This document shows positions 12,401-25,700 of a stretch of DNA of 64,000 bases, in pieces; the first letter of the stretch is position 1; each line of letters begins with the position of its first letter. Under the pieces are notes generated by a model, which was given only the letters and a program-made list of their open reading frames with translations, was not told the origin of the DNA and searched no databases. Source of the DNA: Klebsormidium nitens (Eukaryota > Plantae > Klebsormidiophyceae); the NCBI GenBank assembly GCA_000708835.1, contig DF236965.1, positions 186,001 to 250,000 of the forward strand, read 5' to 3'. The position numbers and the translations under genes were made by a program.

Positions 12401-14371
12401 CCGAGAAGGCGTACTCGGAGGGCCTGGAAACCCCCCTGGGAAAGGAGAACGCGTTCCTGCTGTCGAACCGGGCGGCCGCGCGGTCGAAGCAGGGCCACTG
12501 GGAGGAGGCGCTCGCGGACGCGGACAAAGCTACGCGCGCATATCCGAACTACAGGTGGGGTGCCTGTGTGCGGTGTAGCGAGTGACATCCTAGGCGTCGA
12601 AAAATGTTGCAAGCAGTGGCTGCCCCGCTTCGACACAACGTATTCAAGCGTCCCTCTCGAAATGTTTCACCCACGAACTTTCAGGGAGTTAGGTGAGAGT
12701 ATCGCGGAGGAGGGAGGATCTGCCGCTTTGGCTTCAACAACGGTCGCTGTTTGACGGAAAAGCTTCCCTTTTATTACCCGCCAGATTATGACAGTTCGTC
12801 TACGGTTCCAAGATTGTGGCCCTTCCTCTCCTGCAGCAAAGCGAAGCTGCGAAGGGCGCACGCGTACCGAAACTTAGGCAGGCACGAGGAGGCGGTGAGA
12901 GACCTGGAAGAACTAGCGGCGGCGGCACCGTATGACGCGGACCTGGGCCGGGAGCTGTGGGAGGCGAACCGCGAGCTGGCGCAGTCGCGGGGCGAAGACG
13001 TGTCGGGGTGGAAATTCACACCGCCGGGGGGCCTCGTGGATGTGACGAGCGATCAGCAGTACCGGGAGAGGGTGAATGGGCCCGGCCTGGTCGTGGGCTA
13101 CTTCACAGGTGGGCCGTCCTTCGCGATCCGTGTTTCTTCATGCCGACGTCATCTGGGCCTCTACGACAGGCGTATTAGGCTTCGATAGAGTCAGCTTCTA
13201 CCAAGGGGATCGGCGAAGCCGGCTAGAGCCTTGATTCGAGACGGTTTCGACATCAATGTCTTTGTGTATCGTCAGCTTTTTCAGGGAACCTGAGCAGTCA
13301 CAGAGAACATACGCTCACAAAAGCTGAGCGAGAAGAGCGGGATGTCAGAGGAAATACGCTTATAGAAACTGAGCCAGCAAAAAACTTAGCTTCTCGTCAG
13401 CGTTCCACCCGTTCCCAACTTGTACGTCACTGCTCACGAGTGACAACGCCCTCTCTCCGCCGTTCGTCCAGCCACGTGGTGCGGGCCGTGCCGTCAGATC
13501 GCCCCGGTGATTAAGAAGCTCCCGGAGAAGTACCCCGGGCTCTCCATCATGAAGGTGGACATCGACTCCCACCAGCAGCTGGCTGCGGCGGAGGGGGTGG
13601 CCTCCGTGCCCACGTTCAAAGTGTACAAGTGAGTCACGCTACTTACCAGCGCGTTCAAAGTGTACAAGTGAGTGACGCCACTCAGCAGCACATTCAAGAG
13701 TGTACACTTGAGCAACGCCAGTCAGCAGCACACTAACTGAAACTGCACAGGTGAATAACGCCAGTCAGCAGCACGTTCATATTGCACAGTCGAGTAAGGC
13801 CAGTCAGCAGTATGTTTCAAAGTGTACAAGTGAAAGCCGCCAATCAGCAGCACAGGCCTCTGGCGGTGCAGCCAAGCACACCAGTCCGCGGCATCTCAGA
13901 GGGCGGCCACAGTCGCGACTGCTGCTTGGGATGAGAGTCAACCTACGCAGTTCGTGGTCTTCGGCCAGGCCGTTGTTACAGAGGCAGCTTGCTGTTTGTG
14001 CATCCTGTGTAGAGAAGGTCTCCATGGAAGTGGCCCTGGAACCAGGGGCTGTCAGCGAAGGGGGGACATTTGTATGCAGATCAAGCGAACAACAGTCTCC
14101 AGGATACCTCTGGCTTTCGGCTTCTCCTCGAGGGTTTGGCCCTAAGTCTTGTCTAAGTCGCCTTTGCTCCGTCGAAAAGAAGACCTCTTCTAGAATCTGA
14201 TCCGCCGGCAAGACGACTCTGCTCTTTCGAAAAATTGTCTTTTGATATTGATCCGCCGGATACGTGTGATGCAGAAATGGGCGCAAAGTCAACGAGATCA
14301 CCGGCGCAAACGCCCCTCTCCTGGATCAGGTGATTAGTCAGAACCTTCAAGACATCCTTAAGAAGGTCTGA
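9496..14371 (+). CDS. TTL: TPR-repeat protein with C-terminal thioredoxin domain (TTL-like), 8 exons
   Basis: Exons 9496-9594, 10006-10173, 10571-10717, 11479-11703, 12202-12554, 12837-13108, 13472-13628 and 14275-14371, all GT-AG and phase-compatible. TPR motifs: LKNQGNELY...ANKAAALSSLGRLGEA and RGNDLFKAGDF...SNRAAARSKQGHWEEAL. C-terminal Trx: GYFTATWCGPCRQIAP...VDID...VASVPTFKVYKNGRKVNEITGAN. Confidence 0.88.
13614..13852 (+). repeat. Degenerate ~39-40 bp tandem repeat (about 6 units) starting at the TTL exon 7 donor
   Basis: Units include cgttcaaagtgtacaagtgagtcacgctacttaccagcg, cgttcaaagtgtacaagtgagtgacgccactcagcagca, cattcaagagtgtacacttgagcaacgccagtcagcagca and tgtttcaaagtgtacaagtgaaagccgccaatcagcagca. 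Confidence 0.85.
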
Positions 14372-16070
14372 CTCCGCCACATTTAGGAAGAGGAGCTGAG
14401 TACAGTTATTTGCGCGAGGGTTACCTTTCGTTATTGTGTCCCGAGCGATATTTACCGCCAGCCTGATTGATCAAAGGCTGGCAGAGGCGAGTAATCAGGG
14501 TCTCCCCAGAACTGGTTAGTTGTGAGCTAGGCGGCCGTAAGGCAGCTGTATGGCGGAGCGGCAAGCACTGAGGGCCAGTAGTGCCATAGTGCCAATTCGT
14601 GTACATAAGAAGCAAACAGCTTGGCGGCTCGATGGCTGCTCGGTGAATGGTGAAAAGGTACATGCATGATAGGTGATCTCTACTTCATCGATTCCGACGA
14701 TCTTATCATCAAAGATGCTCAGGGTTATGCAGATTGGAGAACAAAGTCGTGCGTCAGGCCGGATGATTCTGCCGCTATAACAAAACTTGACCTCGGAGAA
14801 TTTCAGACCTCAAAGGCCTTTCTAGCGCGAGTCTTCATGCACGGCATGCTTGCACATGACGGTCGAGTCCAGAATGGATAGCTAATCAAGTTGCAATGGT
14901 CAGCTTAGGAGCGCTACTATGGTACGTTCACGCATAAGTTTTTGCTGATCTTCGGTTCCATGGACACTGAAAATTAAGGATGCGTGATGTCATGATGCAC
15001 ATGCAAAAACGGACGCTATAAATTAGTCTCGAACTAGGTATATAATGCTGTGCACAACGTGCTACAGGTCCTTCGAGTATGCCTGGCCCTGCGGAAAAAT
15101 TCTTCACTAGCCGGCGCAGAAAGATAACCCGAAGTCACCACTTGACTATACAAGGCTTAATATGTTAAATCCCACTTCAGCGAATCCTTTAATTTGCGGA
15201 GCCGGCCGTTCTGCTGCTCAACGAGAGTCCCTGTACAGCTTAAGTACGGTATATAGCTAGCGAGTCCTTGACGGCCTCAACAGTAGTTTCTTCTCCTTAA
15301 TGCACCACTCAAGTGTGCATAATCTGCATAATGCATACCTACGCCAGCATGGAGCGGCCGCGTCGTCACGCTCGTCCTGCGCCGGGCATTGCCCTGATCG
15401 ATCGGCCTGGGGCCTTCGCTTCCATGATGAGTCAGCGAGCTAATACCTTCGACTGTCGTCCGCCATTGTTAAACATGCAATATTCCTGTAGGCTGAGGAT
15501 TCGAAAAGATACAACTCACGCATGGGTTCTAGCATCAAGGCACATGTCAAGGGCGCTTCAATGCGACGGCCACAGGCTTGTCGCGGAAGACGGTTAAATT
15601 GCAAGGTTCGGATTCATGGAGAGGGTTACGATCCACTTCTAGGTTGTTTCACGTAGCGGCCGCAAGTGCAGGCTGACGGCGGTGGGCCGTTACTATTTAC
15701 ACAATGAAGCCGCAATAGTTCATCTCCACATGCAGCCGCACCGATGCCGAACAGACACTGAGAGAAGAGTGGACATGGCAGCATTGAAGGCACAAGATCT
15801 CGAGCAGACGCACGTGAAAAGTGAGGATGGCAGAATCGAGATGTGGCGCGCGACTGAAGTCTATACACGTCCGTCGTTGCGAGCATGGCGGCGGGGGTTG
15901 ACATGCATTGAACAGGCGGACTTGGATGCTCGGGCACATTGAAGTTTACTCTTTGAGCGCTCATTCCGACAACGTGTTCGTAAGCAATCACCTTATTGCG
16001 TACAAATATCTACAGTTCTGCACAGCGAAGGGATGCTCGGTGCTTAGACTCTTCGAAGGCCTGAGGAGGA

Positions 16071-18679
16071 TCAATTTGACGCTAAAGATGCTTTTTTCTT
16101 GCGAAGGAAGCCCTCCGCATCAATTTGACTGATCTTAGCCGCCAGAATGAAATCGTTCTCGCTAAGGCCACCTGCAGATATAGTGCTAAGGACAATCAAG
16201 AGGCCTCCAATTAAAAGGTCTCGAGATGTTAGCTGTCCGCTCTTTAGGTTCGTCTGGTTGAGAATGAGTGGCGCAACAAAAGGTTGGCATAATCATGGGG
16301 CCCTTTTGCCTCAACGAAGAGGACACAGATTGACGGGCAGCCCCGGTTTGAGACATTCAATCACGAGGAAGCAAGTGGCCCTTTCTGTACAACGATTGGA
16401 ACTGCTGAGGTCGTAAGTTAACTCCCAATCACCAGGTCAACCAGGAACTCTTTAGTAAGCAAAGACCAAAAGCTGAAAGATCTCTCCGGCTGCTACGGGG
16501 TGTCGCCCACCAATCGAAGCAGCACATTTCGGTGGGAAGCAGTCTACGTCTGGCGAGCATGGCTGCGTTGTACTCACCGATGGAGTGGGTGTTGATCTCA
16601 ACGCTCAGCTTGTTCCATCCCACCAGGTGAAGATCCGGGTGGTGGCCTGTGCAGAACGAATCGACTTCAGCACAATACACAGTCATTGTTTCTTGGCGGT
16701 ACCCTTGAGCTAAGTCAGATAAGGCGCTCAATAAATTCTCTTGGCTCCCGACCCCTGAACAACACTCAAGAAATATTACAAAGTGTATCTGTTTCGAGAT
16801 TGGTCGAAGCTGAAACGGCTTGACCACGCTTCTTATATGACTGTTCAATTGCAGCGTGAGACGTACATAGACCAGCGCCCCTGTCAGTAAAGACTGACGT
16901 CCTGTACGTGTAAAGCAAGGGGCCGGGAGGGCCAGCACTCGTGTCGACCAATTTAGATTTGGGATCAGAATGGAGAGCGGAATGGAGAGAGAAGCATGTG
17001 AATACACCTACACCCAAACTCCTCATGTACTGTCTCTTGCCAAACGTGTGAAGACGGAACTCACCTTCTTGCTCTGCAATTTCACCAATCTTCCCCATGA
17101 ATTCAAGACCCTTCAAGAAGTTCTTCGTCTTCCATTCTCGTCTTAGCTTGAACTCCCCCTCGGTGAGAAGCTCCCATCCAGGCACCTGCATCAATATCGT
17201 CATTAACCTTGACACCAGCTCTTCCCGAGCTTTGAAAGTCTCCATGACCTGCCAACTCCGGGGAAACGCTGTCAGCATTAACGCACCAGAGTTTCAGAGT
17301 TGTAACGAAAGAGGGGCCGCTCATGTTGTCACTAATGGAGGACCTTACGGGCGCGTCTCACTTGACATGAACTAGGAGTTTCATTTGACCCATGATGCAA
17401 CAGCTAGCTTAAGTGGTCAGGTTTGCACAATCTGGATAAGCCTCATAAAACAAGTGTGCCCGGATGCACAAAAGCCAATATGATGCTCAAAGCATTGGCT
17501 CTGATGTACCACTGTGCCAATTTGAAGGTTAAGTGAGTAAGGAATGCGTGGAAGTGCCTGACCTCTTGCAGAAGCTCCTCAGCGGCTTCCTTCTGGAGCG
17601 CTTTCACATTCTTCCCCTCACAAGGGATGCATCTCTTGCTGGCAAGCTCAGCCGTTTCACCTGATCCTGCAAGGAACCGCCTCAGCTGAGTAGAGTTGAG
17701 CAGAGAAACAGATTGATATCAGTTGCGTCAACCAGATGCTTCGAGATAGTCCATTCCGAACAGAAGTCTTGCAGTACGCCCTATTGCATGTTCCGATTAT
17801 TACTTCTAAACGGGCAAAAGCAATGTTTCTTCCAGTCAAGAATGATGAAACTTAGAAGTAAGACCTTCTAACTCCCCAAATCAACTAGTGCTGAACTGTT
17901 GAAGCACCTGATGGCCCCGCCTCCGCCTGCATGCTGACTCCTCTGCTTGCAACCTGACTGGTGTGCCTGTGTCCAAAGTCCGGCGCTACAAAGACCTGCA
18001 GGTAGATGCAACATTGTCCTTGAAGCTTTACGACATATCCCCTGGAAAGCATTTCAGACCAGCACGAGTCTATCAGCTCAAGGTTGCCCGACTTCAAGCT
18101 TCCAAGTTGGCTTGACAGCAAGAGGGCTACAAAAGGACAAGCCGATCAATACAGTCCCAGCATTTTGACAATCGGGCCAACGTCCAAGCTTTGAACGGAT
18201 CAAAGCTCAAGAGCGACGTTTCAAATCTGCAAGGGGTTCCAATCGGGCCGAGACTCCCTGGACAAATGATTGTTGAACGGCCAACGGCAACCACTGAAAG
18301 CGTGGAGCGCAATGTCGTGGCAGCCAACATGTTCACTTTGACTGTCCTGTGTAAAAGTCAATCCACTTCAAGCATTCATCCTCTCTATACCCTTGCTCAA
18401 CCACTCTCATGAGGCTTGTATACATTCAACTGCCAGCTTTGCAAGTAACAACAAAGGCGGCGCTGGTCCAATGCACAATATCCAAGGCGTTGCACATACC
18501 TTGAGTGGCGCTGATGAGAGAGACCTGTAAACCCCTGGAGTTGCCCAGCGCGCACAGATATTTGCAATTGTCTTGGAAGGCTGAGCTTTCACTTTCTGCA
18601 AGGGATTAAAAGCAGACGCAGTTGCAGATCGGCAAAGCACCCAGGAGCTCTGTGACGCCTTCAGGGAAGCGGCAGCCAT
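16071..18679 (-). CDS. PCD: Pterin-4-alpha-carbinolamine dehydratase with N-terminal organellar transit peptide
   Basis: Exons 18679-18500, 17995-17908, 17666-17563, 17185-17065, 16646-16578 and about 16171-16071. Peptide LASKRCIPCEGK...VPGW...[40 protein letters not shown] carries the E-x3-HHP...W-x9-H-x8-D motif of the active (At1g29810-like) type. The Ser/Ala-rich N-terminus looks like a transit peptide. Confidence 0.9.
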
Positions 18680-19722
18680 TGCTGAATTCAGCTTCTGAGG
18701 ATTGCAGATGCCTCGCCGACCATGCACGCAATGCCGAGAAGGGGCCTGCCGCCTGTGAGTCTCAAGCTTGCATGCAGAGAGGTGCACCAGAGAGAACAGC
18801 TTGCTGGACAGCTCGTTGAACAGTGATGGCAATCCGCTTTACTAACATTTATCAAGCGCGTATACTGCTGTTTGACGAGCCAAATTTTTCGTTCTTCGCA
18901 AGGATTGCCATTATTCCTTAGGATCTCGATTTAGAGCTTGGGACTCGAGAGGCAAGTGCTTTCTACCTACTTATGCCAAGACCTTTCACTCACTTATTTA
19001 GGTCCATTATTAGATTCGTACTGCTCATCCTGCATTTTAACGGTCCCCGCCTGTATACGTATGTGGTCCGTTATGCCGTTTATCCCTCAGGTCGATGGCG
19101 CTGGTTGAGCAATTGCAAGAAACGTTGACGCGACGTTATGCCTTCAGCACACGGCTTTAGCCAAGCGTTCGAACTTGAGATCGAAGCACGCTTCGCTACA
19201 GATGAAAGCGGTGAAGCTTCGCTCGGCACGATGACGGTGCGCAACGGCAATGGGCGACCGTTCGTCTTCTTGAACTTTAGGGTTTCCTTATTGGCGCAGC
19301 TTGCAATCCTGAGTGCGCTCTTCTTTCGCTGTTTCGCAGCCTGCATTCTGACCATTATGGCCTGCCAATATTGCCTTACAACCGAAGTGGACAGCGTTCT
19401 GGCAGGATTTTGCAAAGCAGATTGGAATTCCCCTTCCTGTTTTGGCTGTCGTTCAGCTTGGCATTGGGCTGGTGATTGAGGCTGCGCGTCTCTGAAGATT
19501 GCCAGCATAGGGCTGCTCAAAGCCGGTGCAGCCTGTTCAGTAATAAAGGCCACCACCGTAGCGGCCTGCTTGCCGCAAACGCTCTCTTCTTAGCACCTTT
19601 CAAGTTGCATATGACATGGTATAAGCTGCACAAAGACTGCTCGGCCCGGATGTGTAGGACGTTCCAAGCTTCTACTTCAACATTTTCGGAAAAGTCGTGG
19701 GCAGGATTAAGCACGAGCAGCG

Positions 19723-22700
19723 ATGGCTTCGAAGGTGGGTATGTCGCAAAAGCCTGGCAGTTAGGACGTCAGGAATGTGACAGCTCTCATTGCTAGCATC
19801 ATCACAAAAACCTTGCACGAATTACATATGCAGGCAGCTTCGTTGTTGCTGACACTACTTGGTAGTTCACCTCGCTCACCCCTTCAAGCAAGCCAGATAT
19901 CTTGTCAGCAGCATGCAAATGCTGTGAACTCTCAAATCCTACATGTCAGATCTTCGAGGCTCGAGTGGATACTCTGCCAATGTAATCCAATCTTCAAACT
20001 TACTTATTGCGAAAGAGCTGTATAAGCAGCCGAATTGTGACGTATATGCAGGTGTTGACTGCCATGGCTCGGCACATGACCTCAGAAAGCAGCCACGCCA
20101 GCGAGGAAATTTCCAACTTCAGACAGGACCTGGACATACTCTTGCTAGCGAGCGGTCCAAATGGTGCAGGAATAGGCCTTCCGTTGCTGCCTGAAGAAAA
20201 GTTCTTCCCAATCTGGAGATGGTTGAACCAGGTGATTGGCAGTTTGAATCTAATCCTGATGGCTGCAAGCCTGGGGTGGTGGCGTTTGTGATTAGTTGGC
20301 TCAGCTGCTATCACTACTTAACATCACCGCGGCTGGAGGATTCAGACTTTCTGATTGGGATTATCTTCACCATTGATTCAACAGTTCAGAAGAGCGCCTT
20401 CTGTGTAGAGAGCATCTACACAGAGGAGCTCAAGGTGGTGTTGTGTTTGTACATCTTCTTGCGGTGGCTCTGGTGGTCCTGTGGCTTTTAAGTGAAACTG
20501 GTTTCAGTAACGGCTTCATGTCACCGATCCAGACCATGTATCATTATCTCAAAGGCAAACATTCCCACTGTGAACGTGATAATACGCCTAAGCAGGCACT
20601 GTCTTCAGTTCCAATACGAGACCCATTGCAAGGGGTAAAAGGTCTTCAGCCTGTTTTCTACATGGTGCCGCTGACTTGGTCTAGCTTCTTACAACGTGGG
20701 TTCCATATTCTTAGCCTCACAATCTCCATCGATTTCAGCCTGTTGATCTTGAAATTTTATTTTGATCCTGTCCTCTGTCCAATATGATGCAGGCTGAGCC
20801 CTCGACTGCATTCGCAACTGGACTCCTCAGCCGAGTGGCAGAGTTCGATGGACAGGCAGAAAATGGGGGCAGCCGACGAAACAGGGGCATGTCTGTTGCT
20901 GTCGGATCACCAGGAAAGCCCAAGCCCGGCACACGAGTAACTGGTGCAGAAGGGGAGGGGTCTCCTGGGGCAAGGAAGACAGCCCCTTCATCTGATCGTA
21001 TCCTCATAAGCTTTGCCTCCGAAACTTCTGTGATGTGCTTTGTTCCCTTCCCGGTTAGAATAAAGCAGGCCGGTTGGCTGTTCACCAGATATCAGACCGG
21101 ATTGAAGAGCTGTATTGGCAGAAAGCTGCTTTATGTCTCTACATATAATGATGTGTACTATGTTCTTCCTTGACATGCAACGTGCCAACTCTATCTGGAG
21201 GAGCGTCTTTCAACACCCCACGCATACTGCAACTTTCTCTGAAACTTGTTAAGTATCCTTCCAGACTTACGACTACCGTCCTGTGCTCGTTCAAAACGTA
21301 CAACGCCATATTGGCCTCCTTGACCACGTTCCCAGAGCCCCTCATCACACGCACCGCGGCCCTCAACACGGTTCTGCTGCTGGCGTTGCACCACCCGCTG
21401 GACACGACAGACGAGGCCCTTGCGGCGGTGCTCGGGAGCTTCATGCACGCCCTCAGCAAGTCGCTCGACTGGACAGACTTCGTGAGGCCCAGTTCTTTTG
21501 TCGAGCTTGTAGTGTGGTCCTGAGGAACTACTGTTGTTGTTGTAGGTTGGACTGCCCGATTGACTTTGAGCGTCACTGGACCGCCATTTCGATCGGTACA
21601 AGTCTGCCGATCTGATTTCGTCTCTCCATTAATTTCGAAGCCTTGGACTTTTGGAAAAGCCTGAGGACAAGTGCAAGCAGATTTTTGCCTTTCCTTGTCT
21701 CCATGAATCTAAAAATGCTAGTTTTACCGGATTTTTCGTCGAACCTGTCCGCACGGGATGGTCAAGAAACTGGCGAGACACCCGCGAGTCTCAGAATCTT
21801 TCGGTACTCGATTCGGCTGAACACACCGGGCAGGTTCCTGTGCTCTATCTACTGCGGAAGTACTGCCCGGTAGGTTGACCTGGCCAGATTCGTGCACCCA
21901 ACTCAAACCGGATTTTGTACAACCCCCAAATTTTCCACCCGTTCAAGGCGGACAGGTTTGACGAAAACTCCAGTATGCAAGACCGCTCATGCGAGGGATT
22001 TGCTCGTAACGTCTTAGGTCGTCTCGGCGGTGCGGCAAGGCCCCGAGGGCCGACTGAAGACGCTGGGGAACGCGGTCGGGCAGTGCGCCAATCTGCTGTG
22101 CAACAGCCTCCTGGGGGACGCTGCCATCGGTAACGGCCCTTTCTGTCTTTCTGTCTGCTTTCAGGGATGCCCTTGCAGAGAGTCGGAACTGTAAAGAGGG
22201 GCTGCGAGCAGCCGTCGTTCTAAGTGAAACCGCTGTTCCTGTGGTTCATTCTCGAGACTGAGATTTGGAGACGTAGGCTTGTAAAAGTTCCTCAAAACAC
22301 ACGCGGTCACGATTGGGCGACTTGCACTTTGTCCGAGCGCCCTGGATTGCTTTCGCACTGACCGTCTTCGTGACTACAAATAATCAAAAACTGGCATCGG
22401 GAAGTCACCGTCCACTTTCGTTGTCGAGCGGCCGTTCTCTTTCCACGTCATCAGGGAAAGTGACCGTTTCCGAAGCCCTCGAAATAAAATTGTCCGACTC
22501 CTCATGATCGAACTAGAAAATTGTTACAAAATTTCTTCGCCGACCGAGTCTCAACCTTTCAGCTCCTGCTTCTGATCACAACTCCTCACCGGATTTAGTT
22601 CCGTTCCGTCCGCTTGCCAGGCAGCGGCTTCATTTACACGTGGCTCCAGGGCCAGTCGCTCAAGCCCGGGCTGGCTCCGGCCATTCTGTCGGGCCTCATC

Positions 22701-25700
22701 ACCGAGACTCAGAACGTGGAACCGGGGCAAGGCCCCGACTGCCTCAACCAGGGGCTGTGCCTGCTGCACATGGTCCGCCAGTTCCTTTCCCTGGTGAGAC
22801 GTATTTTGTGGGTGACTTCGTCGTCTGTGTCCCTGAAGGTCCTCTCACAGATGCTGAGCAGGTGTTTGCGGCGCCAGAATGCTGCTGATTGTCTACGAAG
22901 GGTGGTTTTGTGCTTCAAGGGTCCGGAATGCTGCACTTCGTTGAGCATGCCTGATGATATGCAATCCAAATCATGCTCCGTAGTAATTATCGGCATTCTC
23001 ACTTGCCTTGGAACTGTCTCGTGCTGCAGAACGTGTACGATGACGATATGCTGACGCAGCTCTCGACAGCCGTGAGCTCGCTCTACTTCTGGCCCAACCC
23101 GGTCGGCAAATACGCTGCTGAGACGCTCCATCTCATTGCTCGGGAGCAAAGATCACCGGGTGAGCCGAAAGCCTGATTCACGGTAGCTACTTATGACGTA
23201 GTGCGTCATCATATCCAAAACCGGCGACCAGAAGGAAGCAATTCCTTTTTGCCGTTGACAGCCGTTTGATCTGAAATGGGTAGCGTCAACGGGGGGTTTT
23301 GGGCTAGATGAGAACGTGGGCGCTTGAAACTCGGGTCTGAGTCTCGACTTTCGTATCCCGAAAGTCTCGACTTTCGTGCCTGACCTGACGTAGCTGTGTT
23401 CGTCGTTTAGTGAGTTGTCAGTACCGTCGAGAGTCGCTCTCTTGCTTTTTAGAAAAAACGTTGGCCGAGCCCGAGCGCCTGGAGACCTTTGCTTCATTTC
23501 CGCCGTTCCGGCGCTTCATTCGCTTCCAGGCACCAGCTTGCGGCGCCGTCTCGCTGCTGACAACACGGCTTTGAGCACCCGCAAGGAGACTGACGAAGGG
23601 TCAACCCACCGGCGCAAGGTCACGGTGCTCCTCAACTCGACCTGCCCGCGGGCCTCGGTTGTTGCCAACCTGCTGCAATCGGAGCCCGGGGGTACGGGGG
23701 AGACGCCCCCGGAGCAAACGGCCGGGGTGCAGCTCCGACTGATCGTAGGTGAGCCAAACTCTTCGTTCCTTAGTAGACCCTTTAGAGTGTTTCGTTCCCC
23801 GGAGCAAAGATCAAGTAGATGGCCTGATTGAAATGCTTCGATTGAGAATGGCTGTAGCTATGTTGGTTTTCCGGAGGTGACCTGGATCGGCTAGGCAAAG
23901 CTTGACAGCTGGATGCTGAAGTAGCAAGGAAGCTTCGGATGTCCATCCATGATTTCAAGAACCAGCTCGGCTAATTATTCTCGGAAGCTCGCATCTATGG
24001 CTCCACTCCCGCGTCAAGAGAGATTAGCAAGATGCTCAAATCCAGTTTCGTATGTCCCCGGAAGCCAGGCTTTGCTGCGGACTGTGAAAGTCTAATCTCG
24101 TTCACCTTCGCATTGGGAAGTTCGGTGATCGTTGTTGTGGCCTTCAGACCTCATTTCAGATGCCTCCCTTCTCTGTTGATCCTTGTAATACAGATAGCGA
24201 CGTTGACCAATATTCCACTCTACTCTGTTCAGGAATGCTCCAGTCTGCGGGGATCGACGTGTTGAACTCAGCAGAAGGCCGGGCACGCGCGAGCTTGCTT
24301 GCGAATCTGCCCGTGGACATGATAGGCAATGCCTACGAGGCCTGCGTCAACACGGCATTTGAAGCGGAGATGATGTCGTGAGCTTTTCTCATAAAACGTC
24401 TCTTCAAAGTGCCGGCTCCACGAAAATGTGCGGTATGTATCTCACCTAACAATCGACGGAAGTGATCTTTCCAAGAAGTACGACAAAAGCCTGGCGAATT
24501 GAACTCGCGCAAAACTTGCAAAGTGGACGGCTACAAAGAAACTCGTGGTTCTCTTCAGCCTGACCCAAGAACGCTGCTTTGCGTCCGGAGCCTTCAGCAG
24601 CTGACTGGACTCTGTCAGCGCTGATCATGAGGGACAGCACTGTAGTACAAGTATGCCGCACGACCGAACTTGCTCCGGTTTAGAACGCTTTATAGAGGAC
24701 GCACACACTCGAAGCTCTTGTATCTGCACTTTTGTGATGCAAACGCTTTGAGACAACGGCCATAGAAGCAAGGCCGTAGGCAGATAGTAATTTCGGGACA
24801 CATCACAGAGACCAAGCGAAATAGAATGTACTATCGAAAGCAGGCCCCGCAAGTTCCTCACAGCAATTGCTCAAGGGAACTGTATCTTGACTGGTACGCC
24901 GTTTTTCACTGCAGCGACGTAAAACAGGCGGCTGCGCACCGGGCGTCGCACCTAGCTGACGTGTGGCGGCTACTTGGGGAGGACGTGGAGGCGCAGCGCA
25001 AGACTGGGGGAGGCGACCAACCGCCGGAGCAGCGGCTCAGCTGCCTTCCCATGCAGGTCGCCGCCCTGGTTGGGAAGGACCGCCCCCGAGAGCCCGTCAC
25101 TCTCGACCTCAACTCCTGCGCAAAGTAAGGGGAGCCAGTTCAGTAAACGCTTTTCAGGACTTACGGTGCTGAAACAAGAGCGAACGGGGTCTGATTAAAC
25201 GTGCGCTGGTCATAGTTTGAGATATTGACCGTTGCCCTTAGGAGACTGAGAGGTATTACGGCCCATGCGACGCCAGAGCCGCTGGAAGCCCTTGCCAGGT
25301 GGAATCACCGGACTGCCCCCGGTTCTGCAATCAACCAAGGCGTTCGTTCTGGAGTGGTGTTTGGGGCTTTTTCTGGCCTCTTCTACATGTTTCCGCTGTT
25401 CCGCGATGGAAACATTCAAATGTGACATGGAGAGGCAAGCTGGATTACCCCGTGCGTATGTGTGATTCGAGGCGGGAGGAAATGCAGGAAACCTTCAGGA
25501 TTTTAGGCTGACCCGGCGCATGTATCCGCAGGGCTCTTCCTCTCCAGTTCGAGGTGCTTTCCGCTGAGCCGCGGTGGCGTTCCGCTGTGACGGATGCCGT
25601 CGAGGACGAGGTGGGGTCGACCCCGGGGCCCATCATCCCGTGCTACGCCCACACCGGGGCGGAGGAGACGCTGCTCGACGTCATCAAGAAGTATGACGTG

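Noticed and set aside
13614-13852. CRISPR-like array
   Set aside because: The context is eukaryotic intron, the units are degenerate contiguous tandem copies without unique spacers, and there are no cas genes.
15313-15991. Several 80-120 aa ORFs between TTL and PCD
   Set aside because: No family similarity or convincing exon structure. This is a convergent 3' UTR/intergenic region.
16071-18679. RAF2/SDIRIP1 (Rubisco assembly factor) call for the PCD-fold gene
   Set aside because: It has [11 protein letters not shown] and the full catalytic motif of the active PCD type, not the HYPSLHL of recalled RAF2.
19080-19556. ORFs 19138-19479 (+) and 19080-19556 (-) as separate genes
   Set aside because: No recognisable domain and no consistent splice path. 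Most likely the 5' UTR/promoter of the p101-like gene.
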